Shown here in pieces: positions 22,279 through 35,021 of a stretch of DNA of 64,000 nt (its first letter is position 1; each line of letters opens with the position of its first letter). A model generated the notes under the pieces. It was not told the DNA's origin. It saw only the letters and a program-made list of their open reading frames with translations, and made no database searches. The DNA comes from Gonapodya sp. JEL0774 (taxonomy: Eukaryota), in assembly GCA_027604505.1 (NCBI GenBank), contig JADIIX010000031.1, positions 62,001 through 126,000 of the forward strand, written 5' to 3'. A program made the translations under genes and the position numbers.

Positions 22279-24338
22279 ATGCTACGTGCATTCTTCTGTC
22301 CCCGCTTGGACGTCCCACGAACTGCGATAATCCCCGCTCGTCAGTCTCACCTTCAGACTTCGGCTCCCGCGCAACGCACATTTCAGCCTCAGTAGATCTT
22401 TCCCCGAGCTCTTTCCCGACCACCCATTTCGTGCGGTCTGGCGTCTCGGCCTCCTCCCTCGACAATATCACCGGCCTGCCTTACTCCGAGGACAACCAAC
22501 GCACCGTGAGTCTCGAGTGACTTGACGCCGTTGAGAATGATGATGTGCCGTAAGGGTCTTGAGGAAGTGTGCCGTGCGGGACTCCGCGCGAAGGGGTCAA
22601 TCAAATCAAGACCCACTGCTTGATCAATATTGTTCGCCTGCACCATTATTCTCCCACCTCCACGGTTTACACCTCCACCATTCTTGTGCGTCCGCAGATC
22701 TTCCTCTCCTTTCTCCACCTCGTTCGCTCTCTCAGTGGCACAAGTACCGCCACAATGTCTTTCTCCTCATCGCAGCACAACCCGACCCAACTGGGCATAG
22801 CGATACTCCACTACGTAAGTCCGTTGAAGAGTGCGATTTGGTTATTGCGTTTGCGTTTGGAAAGTCATATGGGGAATAAATGGGGCACACGGGCAGGACT
22901 CGAGGGGATCGATCAACTTCAAGCAGAACAAGTTCAAACCTCAGATATGAACTGTCATGGCGGACAGCAGAGTGAGGCAGGTCATGTCATGCCACCTATC
23001 ACTAATGAGTGTGCAAAACGAAGCTGGCGTGATCATGTTCGCTCACCTTCCCCCGTCTGTCACTAATTTTGGCCATGACCCATCCCGCCGTATGACGCTT
23101 CTCTCCACCACACGCCATTTGGTACCCTCTGAAACAACGCTCCCGACTCCACCGCCGCAAGCTTAACGCGAACCCCACTCTGTCCGACTCCCACAAGCGC
23201 ACCCACATTTTCACCCTCCTCGGCGTCGACGATCGTGAATCGCAGGTTGTGGCGAGGGAGGATTGTGGTGAGTGGAATCCTTGCTGTGTCGGTAATGGGC
23301 CAGGATTTCGCCACCCCAAGCACACCTTCCTGTTCACCGGTTAGGCTCTCTTTTTAATGCGGTGTATGTGTGCGTATATCCGTGGACTGCATGGGATGTG
23401 GAGGACCTCGTAGTTTCGTTGGTGCCTTGCGTATTCTCCTTCCCTACTCCAACTCGTCATCTTCATTACGGTCCGACAAACTAACGCCCAACAACTAATC
23501 CCCCAACCTAGCCACCGTCATCCGCCTCGCCGAACGACTCCTCTTATTCCCTCTCCCCGCGCTCTCGTACCTGCAATCCTCCGGTTCTTCTGCCCAATCC
23601 ACTCCGCAAGCTTCGTCTCCGACAACCGTGTCCACTTCACACCCCAGCCCCGATGTGACCCGGTCGACGAGTATCACGATTGACCACCTCGCGACCCATG
23701 GCCGACGGAGATCGGCAGGGTACTTCCCACAACTGCCGACCGAGAATGATCTGCGGTACCACGGGGGGAACACCGACACCCATGGGCTGGCTGCAGGTGA
23801 CAAGGGTCCTGTTGTGTCCGCGGGAGGTGGGGTGGGAGGTACGTACTTACGCTTGGGGCAATATGCAACAACACTGGACTGGCATGGAGTCCGTGTTTGC
23901 ACGATAGACGTGCTCAATGGGTGCACCCCACCTGTGGTGAAATACCTGGGTCACATGAACGTGTCCGAGTCACATTGGTCTGTGCCTTGGTGTGGACTTT
24001 CGGTTGGTCTCGATCTATCGGACGATGTCTTGGTTTCTTTATCCCGTTTATCCCACACATGCGAGTGCTCCACCCAAACGCGCCTATCCATAACATTTTC
24101 GCTTTTGGCCTCATACCTGCACCACTCCAACCTCTGCGCACCTCCTCAGGTCCCCTCCACAGGGTCGCATCCACGGACGAGCTCGATCCTGCAGACACGT
24201 CGTCCGATCTGCCGTATCCTGGCACCACCATACACGGAGGGTATGCTAGAGAAGTCGTCGACGTGGATGAGAACGAGTCGGACGACGGAGCGTGAAGAGA
24301 GGATGGCGAGGGTGTTGCGAGAGTCCGGGAATGGGTGA
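22279..24338 (+). CDS. Hypothetical multi-exon protein; boundaries uncertain
   Basis: Several C-rich coding-like blocks bounded by cag/gtgagt sites (e.g. near 22506 and 23268) and a 236-aa ORF at 23628-24338; no recognised domain. Confidence 0.35.
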
Positions 24339-25905
24339 GTAATTCGGGGACTGAGGCCGCATTGACGAAATGACTATGAACGTGTGTGAGGCTGTGAGTC
24401 GTCACAAATATCCTTTTCGCTCCCCCACAATCCCGTTCGCAGAGCACCGGTACCGTTGTTTCGATGAAAAAAAAACGTCAAGACGGCGGTTACAACCTTG
24501 AGCTGTCCATTTCATTTTGTTTCTGGTGAATATCTTTCTCTCCTTGACTTGCTGTGAATAGTTGAACTGTGCTCGGATTGCATGAGCAAAATTATGTACC
24601 TGGATAAGTTCGATGTTCACATACATATTACACCAGCGTGCATAAAAGTTCCTCGCAGATTTGCTTGGAGATTCCGACGTGACGCCTCACAATACAGAAT
24701 GTGTGGCTTGCTGTTGTTGCGCACTGTCTTCTGTTTGTTGTGCGTCCTTTAGGATCACGTCATCCCGACAAAGAGCCTTCGTATTCTCCGTGAGCGATAT
24801 TTAATGTCAAGATTACTGTAGAGTGATCATAATGTGGGTGTGATCCATGGCGGTTGCCCCAGTACCTTTGATCTCAATTCCCATGCCAGAGCAGATCTCG
24901 GGGCTCTCTGGCACCACAAACTGTGGTGGATTTTTGGAGATGACCTCACCTACAGCATTGATGGAGAACGTGCGACTGCGGTGGAAGCATAAAGAGAGGA
25001 ATGATGGTTTAGGACCGCGGGGTGCGCTGCAGTTTGAGTGATTGAAACGCTCAACGATATTACGTCTGTAGATCACCCGCAAGCACTTGTTGGTATGTCT
25101 CGGACAAGGTGCGATGAGCCGAATGGATAAGAGTGCGGGTAGAAGTGTTTAAAAGGCAAGAATGCAACTGTTTGCACTTCACTTTGATTCGCTGAGCTGG
25201 TCCAAAGAGCGATGTATCACAACCGTCAACCACCGAGAGAAAATGGGGGTCTGGCTCTAGGCACTTTCTAGGTGCACCAACTCGAAATCTGGTGTGGCTA
25301 TCTGAACTTTGAATTAACGCTTACACCGTTGGGCACCACTTCATCATGTCGGAATATGACTGATGGGGTGCCAATAGGGACACCACCATCGCAAACTCGA
25401 TGAGCACTCACAGACTTTCAAGAAATACCTGATTGAATGCATCGACTTCCCGCTTCGATCCGGCCTTTGGCTTCGGCGCCACTGCCCGAACGTCGCAACA
25501 TGCTTTCACCAAACCATGCCGGGGATGTGACAGTGCTAACGGACATTGCTACTTTTGATAGAAGTCTTCATCTAGCGAATATCATGTAGCATCAACAAAG
25601 AGAGCATGTACAGATATAAAACTTTGGCGCTGGCAGTGGCATGGAGTCATTCGCATATATTTTCCAAGGGAGTTCAAGGTCCAAGAAATCCGTCATTAAA
25701 CCAATTAGCTTGTGAAAAATGAAGTTTTCAACTACCAAACGCCTGGTTGAGTCACTTTGAGTTTTTTTTGACAAAGGCGGTAAAGCACAGCCCCTGGCCA
25801 GGAGTATGACACTGAATCCACACCAAGATTTTTGATCTGGACCATCTTTGGAAAGCCAAACTTGCCGAGCTTCCAGCGCCGAATTTCACAGGCCACGCTC
25901 GAAAG

Positions 25906-27905
25906 ATGCAGCAGAAGTTTCGCAACGGCGCCGTTCTCTTGTGCGTCGCGGTGCTTGCCGCGGTCTCGGGCTGCCGCGCCCAGACTCAGGAGGCTGAATG
26001 TGCAGTTTTCGAGTCGCTCTACACCGCGGCCGTCAATACGACCTTGCCCTGGCCTAAAGGACAGTGTTGCGGGTACGCGGTGGGGAAAAACTTTGTGTTG
26101 TGTACGGATGCCGGGAGGATCCAGCAGATTGAGATTTCCAGAGGAGGGTGAGTGGCGAGGGTCGCAAAGGCCATAAGACGGCACCGCTGCCCGACATTTT
26201 GAAACTGTATTCTTACTTGAGCTGTTCGATTTTACTATGCTTGGTGTGATTCCCCTTTGGACTTGTGGAATCTCCAGACTGCGGGGTACCCTCCCATCAT
26301 TGGCCGCAATGACCGAACTCCAACTTTTGTATTTGCCCGCCAACTACATACAAGGTGCCATGCCCAGTCTAGCGGCGCTGACACAGCTGAAATGGCTCGA
26401 TTTGAGCGAGAATGACCTCACTGGGACCATCCCGTCCCTCGCTGCCAACACCCTTCTTATCCAAGTCGATCTCTACGGCAACATGTTCACTGGAAACATC
26501 CCCGACCTGTCGACCCTTTCAAACCTGGTTCGCATCGATGTCCACAACAACAACTTGACAGGAAGTGTCGACGGATTGCTGCCCCAATCCCTCACCACGT
26601 GCTTGCTCAGCTTCGATAACTCCAACCCGGGTCTCTCTTCCTGCGCCAACAACATTCCCTTAGCCTGCGCGGACTCTCTGCCCGCTGTCCAACCAGCCTG
26701 TCCAAGCAAAACTTCCTCAGCCACTGCGGGTACTTCTACTAACAACGCTGCTGCGACAACAGCCGCTGCTCCTCCCGCACAAACCAGCAACAGTAACTCC
26801 GGTGGTGGCAACGTCAAGGCGAACACCACCGCCGGCACTGACCCCGTCGCTCTCGCAGGTGTTATTGGTGGTGGCATCGTCGCACTTCTTGCTGCACTGA
26901 TGCTTGTTACTGCTATCGTCATGCTCAGGAAAAAGAATAGTAAGTACGCACATTCTCTCACACTCTTCCTTGCATGGATGATGCTGCAGATTGTAGTCTG
27001 CCACCACCTTTGAAACTATCCAAGCATGTGAAAGAACTTATGAAATGGTTCATTTTCCTTCCACACCAATAGGAGAATCCCTCCGTCCATCATCTCCGAG
27101 GAGTATGTCCTCGCAATTCCGCAAGAAACCCGACCAAAAATCCAACTACGACCCCATCCCCACCTCCCACCCAATGAGCTCGGACAGCGACTTCGAAATG
27201 TCTCATCGCGGCCGACAGTCCCAAGCCAGCTCCCACGCCCCTCTCCACCAAAATGCCTTTTCAGCACCGTCCAAGCCACCTCTTCCTGTGACTTCCCCCA
27301 ACCAGAGATCTCTTCCAAGACCCCCTTCTGCATCCTCTGCCGGTGCCTACGGACCACCGATGACCCAACAACGCCCTGCCACTTCGCATGCCATCTACGG
27401 CAACGGCATCTCCCAGTATCAGCAGCCACAAACGCAATCACGCCCTGCCACATCCCAAGCCGCGTACTCCACAGATCGGGAGCCGGTCCCCCGTGGTCGG
27501 GAGTTCGCACCAATGTCACCCCAGGGACGCGATCGCAGGTCCGTACACGGTGGCTCGGCCAACGATAACCAGCCCCCGGCATTCCGCGCCCAATCGGCCA
27601 TGTCTGGTGGTGGTGGTATGGGTGACCAACCTCGCCCAGAGACCCGGACCAGCCCCATCAACGCGCCACAGTACAACCAGACCCGCCCAGGCACATCGGC
27701 CAGCCAATACAGCGATCCGTTCAACCCTCGCCCCGCCAGCGTGGCCGCGCCTGCGCGTCCTCGCTCGCGATCCCGTGGACCAGATGACAGGGTTCCCCGT
27801 CCAGAAGAGGAAAGTCCCGCACCTCCACCAAGAAGGTCGAGGGGTCCTACTTCGCCGAGGCCGGATCAGGATGGCGGTGGGTCGTGGGGAGGGAGGATGG
27901 CATAA
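25906..27905 (+). CDS. LRR receptor-like protein A: signal peptide, Cys N-cap, about 4 plant-type LRRs, Cys C-cap, S/T stalk, TM, Pro/Arg/Ser-rich tail (introns 26148-26277, 26940-27072)
   Basis: Repeats such as LTQLKWLDLSENDLTGTIPSL and LIQVDLYGNMFTGNIPDL; TM VALAGVIGGGIVALLAALMLVTAIVML-RKK. Confidence 0.88.
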
Positions 27906-28617
27906 ACGGGAGGTTGCAAATATGTGGGAATGCAAGGGAGCTGGTGAGGGTGGATACCTGGTGTCGATTGACAGTGCTTCGTTGGAGAATAGGTTTTGGT
28001 GGAGGCGGCAATGCAGAGGATTCTTTGAAGCGAGCACATACGATTGCTCTTTCCGTCTTACCTGCCTTTGCTGATTATTCCCCTTCGGATGATTGCCGTT
28101 GGCCTGGTGCATATGAGAGGTCTGGTGAGGGATGCGGTCGGCTATCGGCGGTCTGTCGGTCGCGACAACTCGACTTTTATCAGAGTATCTAGCATTATGA
28201 GGCTGTCTTATCACGATATATATCGACATTTCGCTTTGGTGTACACATATGTTTCTTCAACAACGACAGAAGATGCCTTTATAGAAAGCCCTTACAATTG
28301 ATATTTGGGGAGGCCTGTCAACGTGAAGTTTGTGCTAAAAGGATAAAAAGGACACTCCGTGCGTTCAAATTTTACTCATGGGTCCTTTGATGCGCACTGG
28401 GTGCAACTTCGTTGTTTCCATTTCAGAACGCGAAGTGCTTGTAGACCACGCGGGGCATGGCATAGTGGTTGAAAGCAAGTCAATTCCGATTCACAAATAT
28501 GTTAGCAGCTAAGATCGGCCGGAAGCAGGATCTATACCGCGACAACTGCTTGTGGTGTTCCCCTTGGGACCAGATAAGTCGCCTCAATGTAGAATACGAA
28601 CAACAGCCAGCTTCGTT

Positions 28618-30487
28618 TTACAAAAAGCTCCAAACAGTACCCACAACCGCACATATGAGTCCACCGACCACCATTATCCACGACACAACCCTTTCCCACG
28701 GTTCAGCTTGTACCACGTACAATGGTTTCCCCTTCTCGACCCCGTCACCAAGCGCCGAGTAGCCAGTGCTTTTCATGTTGTAACCGCCCCATCCGCTGAG
28801 TGCTAGGAACGACGCTGCGGGGAACACCACGCTCACTGTGAAGCTGAAAAAGCTTCCAACAACACCCATTACACGCTGAAACCCAGGAAGAACAATGGAT
28901 AATGTGACTACGAGAGCCGAGGTGAGAATGCGGAGAAGAATTCGGAACAGGACACGAAGTTTGGGCGAGGTCGATGTCGGGAAGATAAACAGCTCGACCG
29001 AGATATTTACAGGAAACATAGCGAGAGCAAACTGTGTAATTTGGGAGGAAGATACACCGCTTAAGTTTGCTGAAGAGACAAATTAGAGCGAGTTGATCGA
29101 AGCAGTTCGTACCTTTGTAATCGGATTTATAGCAAAGAGGACAAGAGTTGTTGTCATAAGGGCCGAATTAAAATATGGAACAGTCGGTAGATTCAGAGTT
29201 ATCTAGGAACAGAACACAAAGTGTTGATAAGCCAAACAGTAGGGAGGCGGGACCAGTGTTTCAAGACATACCTCATGAAGTGCGTCGGCTCCAAACATGA
29301 GGTATCCAGTAAGACCAAGCGCGACGGAGATCGTCGCAACTATGGCGTACGTTATTGTGACCACTTGTGGATATCGCGACGGTTCAGCCATGTCCCGATA
29401 CTTGATTGTCGGGGAGGCATACATATCGTTTAAGTGGATGATTCGGGAACTCACGCGAAACATTCACTCACAAGTGTGGGAAACGCAGAATGACCACTGT
29501 ATCCTGCCATGATGAGGCCAAAGGTGGAAGGCACTGTGAACCAATTCTTGGGGCTGAACAACTCCACAGTAGGGCTTGGATGCAAAATCGATCCGGGGGG
29601 CGTTGTTGTTACAAATCCACAGTAGAGAATAATGAAGAGAAGGAAGAACACGGACTTGCAAAGGAGTTCATAAGGAAGAGTATACATGATACCGAAAGAG
29701 CACACGAATTACAAATTCAAACTCACCACAATCCCAAGAAAACTTCCATAACTGAGCCACTTGGTAGTATTTCCCATGGTTGTAATCGTCACCACGGCTC
29801 CCACTACGATTTTGATGAGCACGAGGTTCCAGCCGGGAGCGAGTGCATTGATGGAATCAGCCGCCAGAATCATAAGTGCGACCGACGCAACCAGTAATTC
29901 AAATATAAAGAAAATGGCGATAAAGCCTCTGCCAATCGGTCCGAATGCTGCATCCCCGAGATCTGCGAATGTGTGGACTTTGTTTTATAGATGTTCGGGT
30001 CAGTTATGTAACAGCACAGAGAAGCCTGTCAAACAATGCACATACTCTCGTCGTTCATGCATCTTACAAGAATGCGAGCAGTGAAGCTCGTCATCAGTGC
30101 AAACAAAATTGTCAGGAGAGCGCCGACTATGATCGATGATTGTTTGAACGCAAACGGTAACGACAGGATACCTGTTGCAGGTTGTCACAAGGAGAGTTGT
30201 GAAAACGTATTCTGCAGCGTCAAAAGCCGAGAGGATCGGCCGGTGAGGGACTTACCGATTCCCAAAAGCATGTTGATTGAGTTGAAGCACGTTTGTGCGA
30301 ACGAACTCTTCAACGAAATATCCTTTTCCGGTACTTCATCAGCATCGTCTTTGAAGTAACTCTCCTCGTCTCGATATGTCGCATGACTGATTAAAAGCGT
30401 TGTCGCGGTTCTGCCCGCTTTCAACCATTTCGATGATCCAGTCGCCGTATTCCCCTTGGTATTTTCCTTCTCGCTTGGCGATGTCAT
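28618..30487 (-). CDS. AAAP/Aa_trans-family amino-acid transporter (AVT1-like), multi-exon
   Basis: SSFAQTCFNSINMLLGIG|ILSLPFAFK, GLIMAGYSGHSAFPTL, YRDMAEPSRYP, GLTGYLMFG, LPGFQRVMGVVGSFFSFTVSVVFPA; many TM segments. Confidence 0.9.
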
Positions 30488-31081
30488 CGAGAACTGACGA
30501 TAGCTTGCTTGAAGAAGATGATACGGGCATTTTTTGGTGGTGAGATCTTATGAGGAGCGGATAACATGTGTGAGACCGGCTATGACATATATCCAAAAGG
30601 ATCCAGAGACCCAAAGCTGTTTATGCGAATATATATACCACGAGGAAGTAGCCGTCAACGCCCATTGGTTTGACGCTATAGCATTTCTGCGTAGAAATTA
30701 AAGTGCATGTGTGCGAGTGTCAGAGTACCGGAGTCGAACAAGTGCATACGTGAATGTTTCTAAAATCGATGAAGCTGCCATTACACAGGCGGAGCAGTGC
30801 AGGTCCCGGCGGAGTGGCCTTGGGATTGATGTTTACTCGGCACACAGACGAAAGCAAAGTGTCGTTGCAATATTGATTTACATCACAGGAAGATAAAACT
30901 AACGCCACTTAAAGGACCCCGTCAAACCGCACACACGTCCGGCGCGCGCACGCGTTTGCAGACCGCTGATAACTCGAGAAATACGTAGATTGCGGCGGTT
31001 TACCAGAAAGCCTCACTCTTCGTTCCACCACCTCTCCCACATGATCACCTCCACAGACATTCCACACTCTTTTCCACCCCT

Positions 31082-33509
31082 TCAGTAGAACTGGTCCGTC
31101 TCCCGCCAGTTATACGCGGGGGCAACATCTCCGGGCTCAGAGAGTTTGGCCGGCGCAGGACTCTTTGCCCTCTTCTCCTTCGATCCTTTGCTCTTGGTCC
31201 TCTCAAGTGTGTCCCCACCGGCGCTGGGATTACGCTTGTGTTTACGATCCGTCGACTGGGTGCGCTTCTTGGACCCAACACGCTCAACAGGAGACCCCTC
31301 GTCAATCAAGCCCGCGAGTCCCGTTTCAGATCCCGAACGCGATTTGCGCCGCTCTGGCGTTCCGTCACCGCCGCTGCTGACCTTCTTCTTGCTCTCCTTC
31401 CTTCCAATCGCCGCACCTGGTGATTTCGATCGTGCTCTCGATCCTCCAGCATCCACCGACTTGCGTCGCTTGCTCGTGGCACCGATATCCTTCGCATCCC
31501 GGGGCGGACTGCCCGCCCGCATGTCGTCCTCTGGTTCCGCACGGGGTTTCCGAGACCGGGACCTCTGCCGGCCCACCCTCTCCTCCTCATCGGCACCAGT
31601 GTCCCTTTCTCTCCTGCCTCGTCCACCACTGGGAGATGCGATGGGAGTGGATACCGACTCGCCGGGTAACGGTGCGGTCGCTGCGCTGAAAAAGTCGTTG
31701 AAAGGGTTGTCCCAGTTCCCCGACGGGTCAATAGCACCACTTCCGCTGCGAGAAATGGCACCTGCCAACCCAGGACCCATATTGGTGCGGACGGACGGAG
31801 CGTGAGCCAGAGGCCGACTGGTGCTCTGTGTTGACGAGGCACCCCACCCTGACCGTGTGCTCATCGGTCCAGGTCCCCCAAGTCCTTCCGATTGTGCATT
31901 GTAATCCATGGCCGCCTTGGCATCGGAACGCCAGTCGACGGGGTCCCCAGCTCCGTTACCGTACATGGAGATACGTGTACGGTCGCCTTCGCGGGTGGAT
32001 TTTTCGCGGTCGGCCCAAAAGTCGGTGTCGAGAATGGAAGACAGATCCATCGTATCGGCGGCTCCTTTCTTGCCGTACGTGGAAGTAGGATTCTTTGGTG
32101 GGGTGGTGGGACGGGGCATTGTGAAGCTCTCGTTGGCGTGTGGCGCGGCGTTGGAGGTGAGGCCCTTGGTAGATTGAGTTCGACCAGGTGCGCCAAAGGG
32201 AAATTTGAAGAAGGACGAGCCTTTGGTGTTGGAGTCCGGCCCGAGGTTATTGGAGTCCATGGGAGGATCCATGCCTGAATACGGTGTTGACATATGTTAA
32301 TTTGGATACGGGAGAGAAATTCAAAAAAGACGGTCTTCGCCATTTAAAAGCTTATAGCGCCATTCAACATCAATTCGGGCTACGCCTGACCATTCCAACA
32401 TTCGCTGACCCTCAAACAGGCTCTCGAATCTTTGGAAGGATGTCATCTCCTATCCTCTGATTTCAGTTCCTTCTCGAGCTCTCACTCAGGCGGTGTGACT
32501 CAATCATGTGATCCGCAGTACACAACCATTGAAAACCATGTAGTGTTCCGTCATCCGTGCGATGCGTTTCCGAACCAAGTTGAACAATCCCATAGAGACC
32601 CAAAAGGGAACGAACAAAAGAGAACTCACTTCTCCAGGACTTGGACATGTCTGGGCCACCACCGAGATTAACACCTCGACGAGCGTTGTTGCCCAACTGC
32701 GGTATGATACTCTTGCCTTGCCTCTTGCGCATAAAGGCGAATCCAAGTACGGCGCCAATGACGAGAACTGCGGCTACACCGCCCACTATTGGACCGACAG
32801 GTGGGGAGGACGCGGGTGCCGCACTATTTGACGACGCAGAGGTGGTAGCGGCTGTGGAGGAGGCGGTGGTCGCGGACGCAGGAACCGCGGGAGGTGTAAA
32901 TGTGCAGCCGGGACCGGCAGGAATTGTCTGAGTAAGGCCATAGTGAGTGACGAGACATGCGCCTGGGAAGTTTCCAGTGCAGGAAAATATCCCTGTGTTG
33001 GAGGTATTGTAAGTGAGATAGCAGTCCTGGATTGAACTAGGCAAAAGGCCATCGATATTTCCAGAGAGAGAGTTCTGGGGCAGATCGAGCACAACGAGAG
33101 ACGTCAGTGCGACCATTGTGGGGACGGTGCCGTTGAACTTGTTGTTGTAGAGGTCGAGCACTTGCAACTGCGTCAACCCGGCCAACGCCGGAATGGTCCC
33201 CGTGAACCCCTGGCAGCACAAGTGCGCTTCGGTGACCCGTCCATTCTTGCAGGCAAACGAAGGTGACGCTGGCCAGTTCTGAGTGAAGGAGCAACAGCTG
33301 CCGGCCGTCCAAGGCAGGGTCTTGTTCGACTGAGCGAACATCTTTTCAAAGACGGCGCAATCGTCGGCTTGCGTCTGTCCTCGCACAACTCCAATTGCCA
33401 ACACCACTAGTGTTAGCGCCCAGGCGAGCGCCGGTGCCAGGACTGGGGACACTTGGCGTGCCCGGCGTCCCAGCAAGCGTCCACCGTTTTGCAGCTCTCG
33501 TCCGCCCAT
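31082..33509 (-). CDS. LRR receptor-like protein B: signal peptide, Cys N-cap, 2-3 LRRs, C-cap, TM, long disordered basic tail (intron 32275-32629)
   Basis: QTQADDCAVFEKMFAQSNKTLPWTAGSCC; LTQLQVLDLYNNKFNGTVPTM; TM IVGGVAAVLVIGAVLGFAFM-RKR; a phase-1 intron joins it to ORF 31082-32293. Confidence 0.85.
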
Positions 33510-34088
33510 TTTCTTCCCGAGGTTCCAACGGCTGTCAAACACAGTTGCAAAAGCGTCAGGTTTTTCGAGTTTGCTTTGCTTTCTTTGTGGACTTCCAAAG
33601 ACTTGAAAACTTTCCAGATTCGGTGAACCGGGGGAGGAAGGGGGGAAGGAGGCCTGACAAAGTGTGACTTGTTCTTTTGCAGGGGGGCCGCAAATAAAAA
33701 AGGACATGCGATTGGTCGCCCCAAGATTTTATTCGGAAGGGCAACAATTTTAACAAAGAAAAGGCAATTAAATCGCTATTATATTTCCAACCTGCTTGTT
33801 TGTTCCTTCGTCGTGATATTTCTCTGAAGCGTTGGATGCTTTGGTTCATTCCTGAGTCCGCCACATCAGATCACAAATGACCATTTATTTTTATCTGGTC
33901 GCAACTCGCATTCATTCGCATATTCGTGCTCTCTATTATTGGTGAATACCCGAACATAATAATGAACGGAAGTTGCTTGATCGGACAAAGTCTGGAAAGA
34001 CAGGGAGTTGGTGTTGTCCATATCGGGCATTCATGGCATTCAAGCTCACGCCCCATCCACATCCGAACTGAGAGAACTTTTTTTGGTT

Positions 34089-34106
34089 TCACGTGACGTC
34101 ACGTGA
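34089..34106. promoter_or_regulatory. Perfect 18-bp palindrome TCACGTGACGTCACGTGA (two E-boxes overlapping a CRE)
   Basis: Self-reverse-complementary; about 580 bp upstream of the LRR protein B start codon. Function is inferred. Confidence 0.45.
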
Positions 34107-35021
34107 TTTGTCGCTCATTTAACCACATGTCCGACATCTCCGAACCTCTGCGCTTGTATTGAAATGTGAATTGGCCATGATAAACCACCGGCCAGCGGTG
34201 CGGTCTTAGCACGTTAATACTTGATCAATGCGTTCTGGTCCCATATGATCGTATTGCAATGCACTGTGGGAGGTGAATGACTCCGTTGCATGTATTGCTT
34301 AGTGATGTGTGAGGTACTTGTGTGCTCTGTTGATGTCCCAATTCGCACCTAGTAAGTTTGTGCAGTACTTGGCACTAGAAACATATTGCTACTCAATACG
34401 TCATTACGGCACATGATCATTGTCCGGCAAGCACCTGCCCTGGAAACTCCATACGTGGTCAGGCACAAGGCCCTCCATGTGACGGATCCCAGGATTTTGG
34501 ACGATGCAATTGTTGGTGAATTCGGACGGCCCGTGAGATCGCCACTGATGTTGACTTTTGAGCCAGCCAAGTGATTAGCGCAGAATTACTTGTCCAAAGA
34601 CTGAGCTTCGAGTTGTTAAATCACATTCTTCATACTGAGAGAGTGTGATTCGGAGTTGTATACTGCATCGTCACTCACACGTGCTAAAGTGGAAAAAACG
34701 ATATGAGGTACATTCTCGCACAAGTTTTGAACGAGCTAGCAAGTGAAATACACAGGGGTATCTGTCACACGTAAAAAAATCCACTCATGGTGATCTCTAG
34801 AAGAAAAACCAAAACTCTTCAAGATGAGCTGCCACGAGTGGTCCATGATCCAGGGTATCTCCAAACAGTCTTCATCGGCAAAATGAATATGATGATTCAC
34901 TCCCTTTTCCACACACGTTCTTTGGGTTCAACAGACAGGCCATGTTGATTGACAAAGACACGAATGAGCTCCCAACTGACATACAGGAAAAGTTGAGCGA
35001 GCAGTGATGAACGTACCAACG

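Noticed and set aside
31146..31805. Long antisense ORFs opposite real genes (also 26473-26961, 36065-36571, 62565-63101)
   Set aside because: Shadow ORFs expected from GC-rich coding sequence on the other strand.
34349..34574. Short overlapping ORFs between LRR genes B and C
   Set aside because: Non-ATG starts, no domain similarity and no splice support.
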